NCBI RefSeq assembly: GCF_001194135.2
Contig: NC_068981.1
Span: 163,208,351-163,272,350, forward strand
DNA from: Octopus bimaculoides
Taxonomy: Eukaryota
Direction: 5' to 3'
DNA length: 64,000 bases
The position numbers were made by a program, and so were the translations under genes. Below are positions 61,801 to 64,000 of the stretch, in pieces (positions within the stretch are counted from its first letter, which is position 1; each line of letters begins with the position of its first letter). Below the pieces are notes generated by a model that saw nothing but the letters and a program-made list of their open reading frames with translations, was not told the DNA's origin and searched no databases.

Positions 61801-62797
61801 TGTGAGTAACATTTGAAGAAGCTGCTCCACTAGTGACCACAAACTTGCAGGTAAAGAGACTATTGACAGAGATAGAAAAAATCGGTTAAGAGCAATGTAC
61901 AAGGTCATTCTTATTTTCCCCCCTCAGTGTTCGTTTGAAAGTCCTGTAAATGTGAAGAGGCTCCCCCTTTTTTTTTCTGTCTTTTTTCTCAGAGAAAGAC
62001 AAAGAGTGCCCATGGCTTTATTTTTTCAGACTTCTAAAGCTGGTGGAAAGAAAGGAGAAAGTTGTCTCTAAACTGGAGTCCTGGTGCCAAATGCTGCAAT
62101 AGTAAATTCAGCTAAAGGTACCAAAGGACCAGGTGGCAGTTAACTGGGCAGTGGATTTGACTTAGCATCTAAGAACTTTGAACGCAATCCATATAATTAA
62201 AAATAAAATTACTTCCATGCTTTCTATACATACTCAAGATCTAATAACAGTCACTGGCCTATACCCGGTCAACCTAGTTATTCTAACTGTACATAAGTCA
62301 TTTGTTTAACCTTCAATTCAGCTCTAAATGGAGCACATTTATAATCAAAGCAACATGTCCTTTCTGCAATTAAGGTGGTGGGATGTGATTTGTGGGATAT
62401 TTAGCAGATATTTCTAGAAGGTTCAGAAAACAACATTGGCAGAGGATAGTGTTGTATGTGGCAACTGTGAGCAGCTGTCACTAATATAATTGATGAGTAT
62501 TGTCACCAAACAATGCTAAGCACAAATACCCCTATTCATGTAATGTGAATATAGGTGAGACTACGAGGTTACCTTTGCATAGTCACTCAACATGTTAGAA
62601 CTACTTGGCACAATTTGAAATTATATAATACTGATGATGACTTATTGCATTATTCTATTAAAAAAAAAAAGTTCAAATTTAGTTCATAAAAGCTCAAACC
62701 ACAACTTACAATAATCCAAAAAAGTATTATGTATGCACACATATTTAGCTATGTGGGAGTGTGAGTGTGCATATGTATGTACAAGTATGTGTGGGTG

Positions 62798-62799
<2 letters not shown>

Positions 62800-62892
<93 letters not shown>
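62800..62892. repeat. Long (TG)n microsatellite
   Basis: Direct reading. Comparable tracts: (TG)n 29010-29051 and 60164-60238, (TA)n 58973-59038, (TAA)n 54106-54142 and 54347-54404. Confidence 0.95.
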
Positions 62893-62894
<2 letters not shown>

Positions 62895-63676
62895 AGGTGT
62901 TATTTTCTTTGTAGTGAGGTTCCCATTGAGTTTTGAACCATCTAGTACAGGTTCCCAAACTCGTGATCATGGCAAACCATACTGTCATAAAAGGTAAGGC
63001 CAGATATGAGAAATAAGACTTTTAGCATAAAAGGCATTAATACCTACATGACCATGGCTTGGTCAATCAGATCAGCTGGTGAGTAACCGAGACATCATCA
63101 ATTTTTTCCCCCATATAGCTAGGCTGAACATTATAGAAACTGTTGGGTGTTATAAACTGTTTGAATTTTGAACTCCCAGACAGAATGATCCGAATTGCTA
63201 CTCAAAGCTAGATCACTCAGTTCAATGATAAGTGTTCTCAATCATTTTTCTACATGTTCTGCTTAGAATGACCTGAGGTGCTACTCGGAGCTTATTTAAG
63301 TCAGTTTTGTGATGAAATGTTCTCACTTTTTCTGCATAAATACGTTATCAAGAATTATGAACTGTTTCCATATCATTTAGTAATATTATACAATGAAAAT
63401 TTGTACTTATTCCATATGAGATCTCTTGAATGCTATCCTACTTATTCAAATGCCATATATATATGTAAAGACAAATGTTCCAGGTTCATGAAAATGTACA
63501 AGAATACCAACATTAGTGTACTTATTATGGACATAACAGGCAGCCCAACAAATGTTATTCATCAATAATTATTTAATGAACTCTAGTACCTCTCCACAAC
63601 TTCATTTCTGATCTCAGTCCTGGTTGTGTGTGCGTGCATAACATCAGGAGGTATGAGAGGTCAATACAGATTTCTT

Positions 63677-64000
63677 GACTGGTGTAGCAGCATCATAGTC
63701 AACTGCTACAAAGGTAAAGGTGACGCTTTAGATACAAATAATTACAGAGGCATCAAGCTGTTAGATCAGGTTATGAAAGTTACAGAGAGGGTCATAGCCC
63801 AACTAATTAGGGAGCGAATCAATTTAGATGAGATGCAGTTTGGGTTCGTGCCAGGTAAAAGCACTACTGATGCCTTATTTCTAGTGAGACAGCTGCAGGA
63901 GAAATACCTAGCTAAGGATAAACCTCTGTACCTGGCTTTTGTTGACATGGAGAAAGCCTTTGACAGGGTCCCCCGATCCCTTATCTGGTGGTCAATGAGG
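63677..64000 (+). mobile_element. RTE-clade LINE reverse transcriptase N-terminal region, open frame running off the window
   Basis: 108 stop-free codons: DWCSSIIVNCYKGKGDALDTNNYRGIKLLDQVMKVTERVI..MQFGFVPGKSTTDALFLVRQLQEKY..LAFVDMEKAFDRVPRSLIWWSMR. Confidence 0.95.

Overview
AT-rich eukaryotic DNA packed with (TA)n/(CA)n/(GA)n/(GAT)n microsatellites, with nine short N-gaps that nearly all abut simple repeats or A-rich runs. The repeat families look like those of an octopus (coleoid cephalopod); this is recognition, not a database result. I can support no intact host protein-coding gene. Almost every ORF in the supplied track is a microsatellite artefact, a chance ORF or a transposon remnant. 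The window is mainly a transposon graveyard: RTE-clade LINE pieces (one RT frame is open up to the right edge), two decayed R4/Dong-like and one HERO-like RLE LINE remnants, several SINE families, TTAA-flanked MITEs, a mariner-derived MITE and a Helitron-like element. It is probably intronic or intergenic. The best leads are (1) a strong AG|GTAAG recursive-splice-like site with an in-frame 45-nt exon on the minus strand, (2) a pre-miRNA-like hairpin, (3) a 16-nt match to miR-1, (4) several fold-back elements that could form ADAR substrates, and (5) a CpG-enriched candidate bidirectional promoter. All exon calls are low-confidence hypotheses. TE boundaries are approximate to tens of bp unless a TSD or TIR is quoted.
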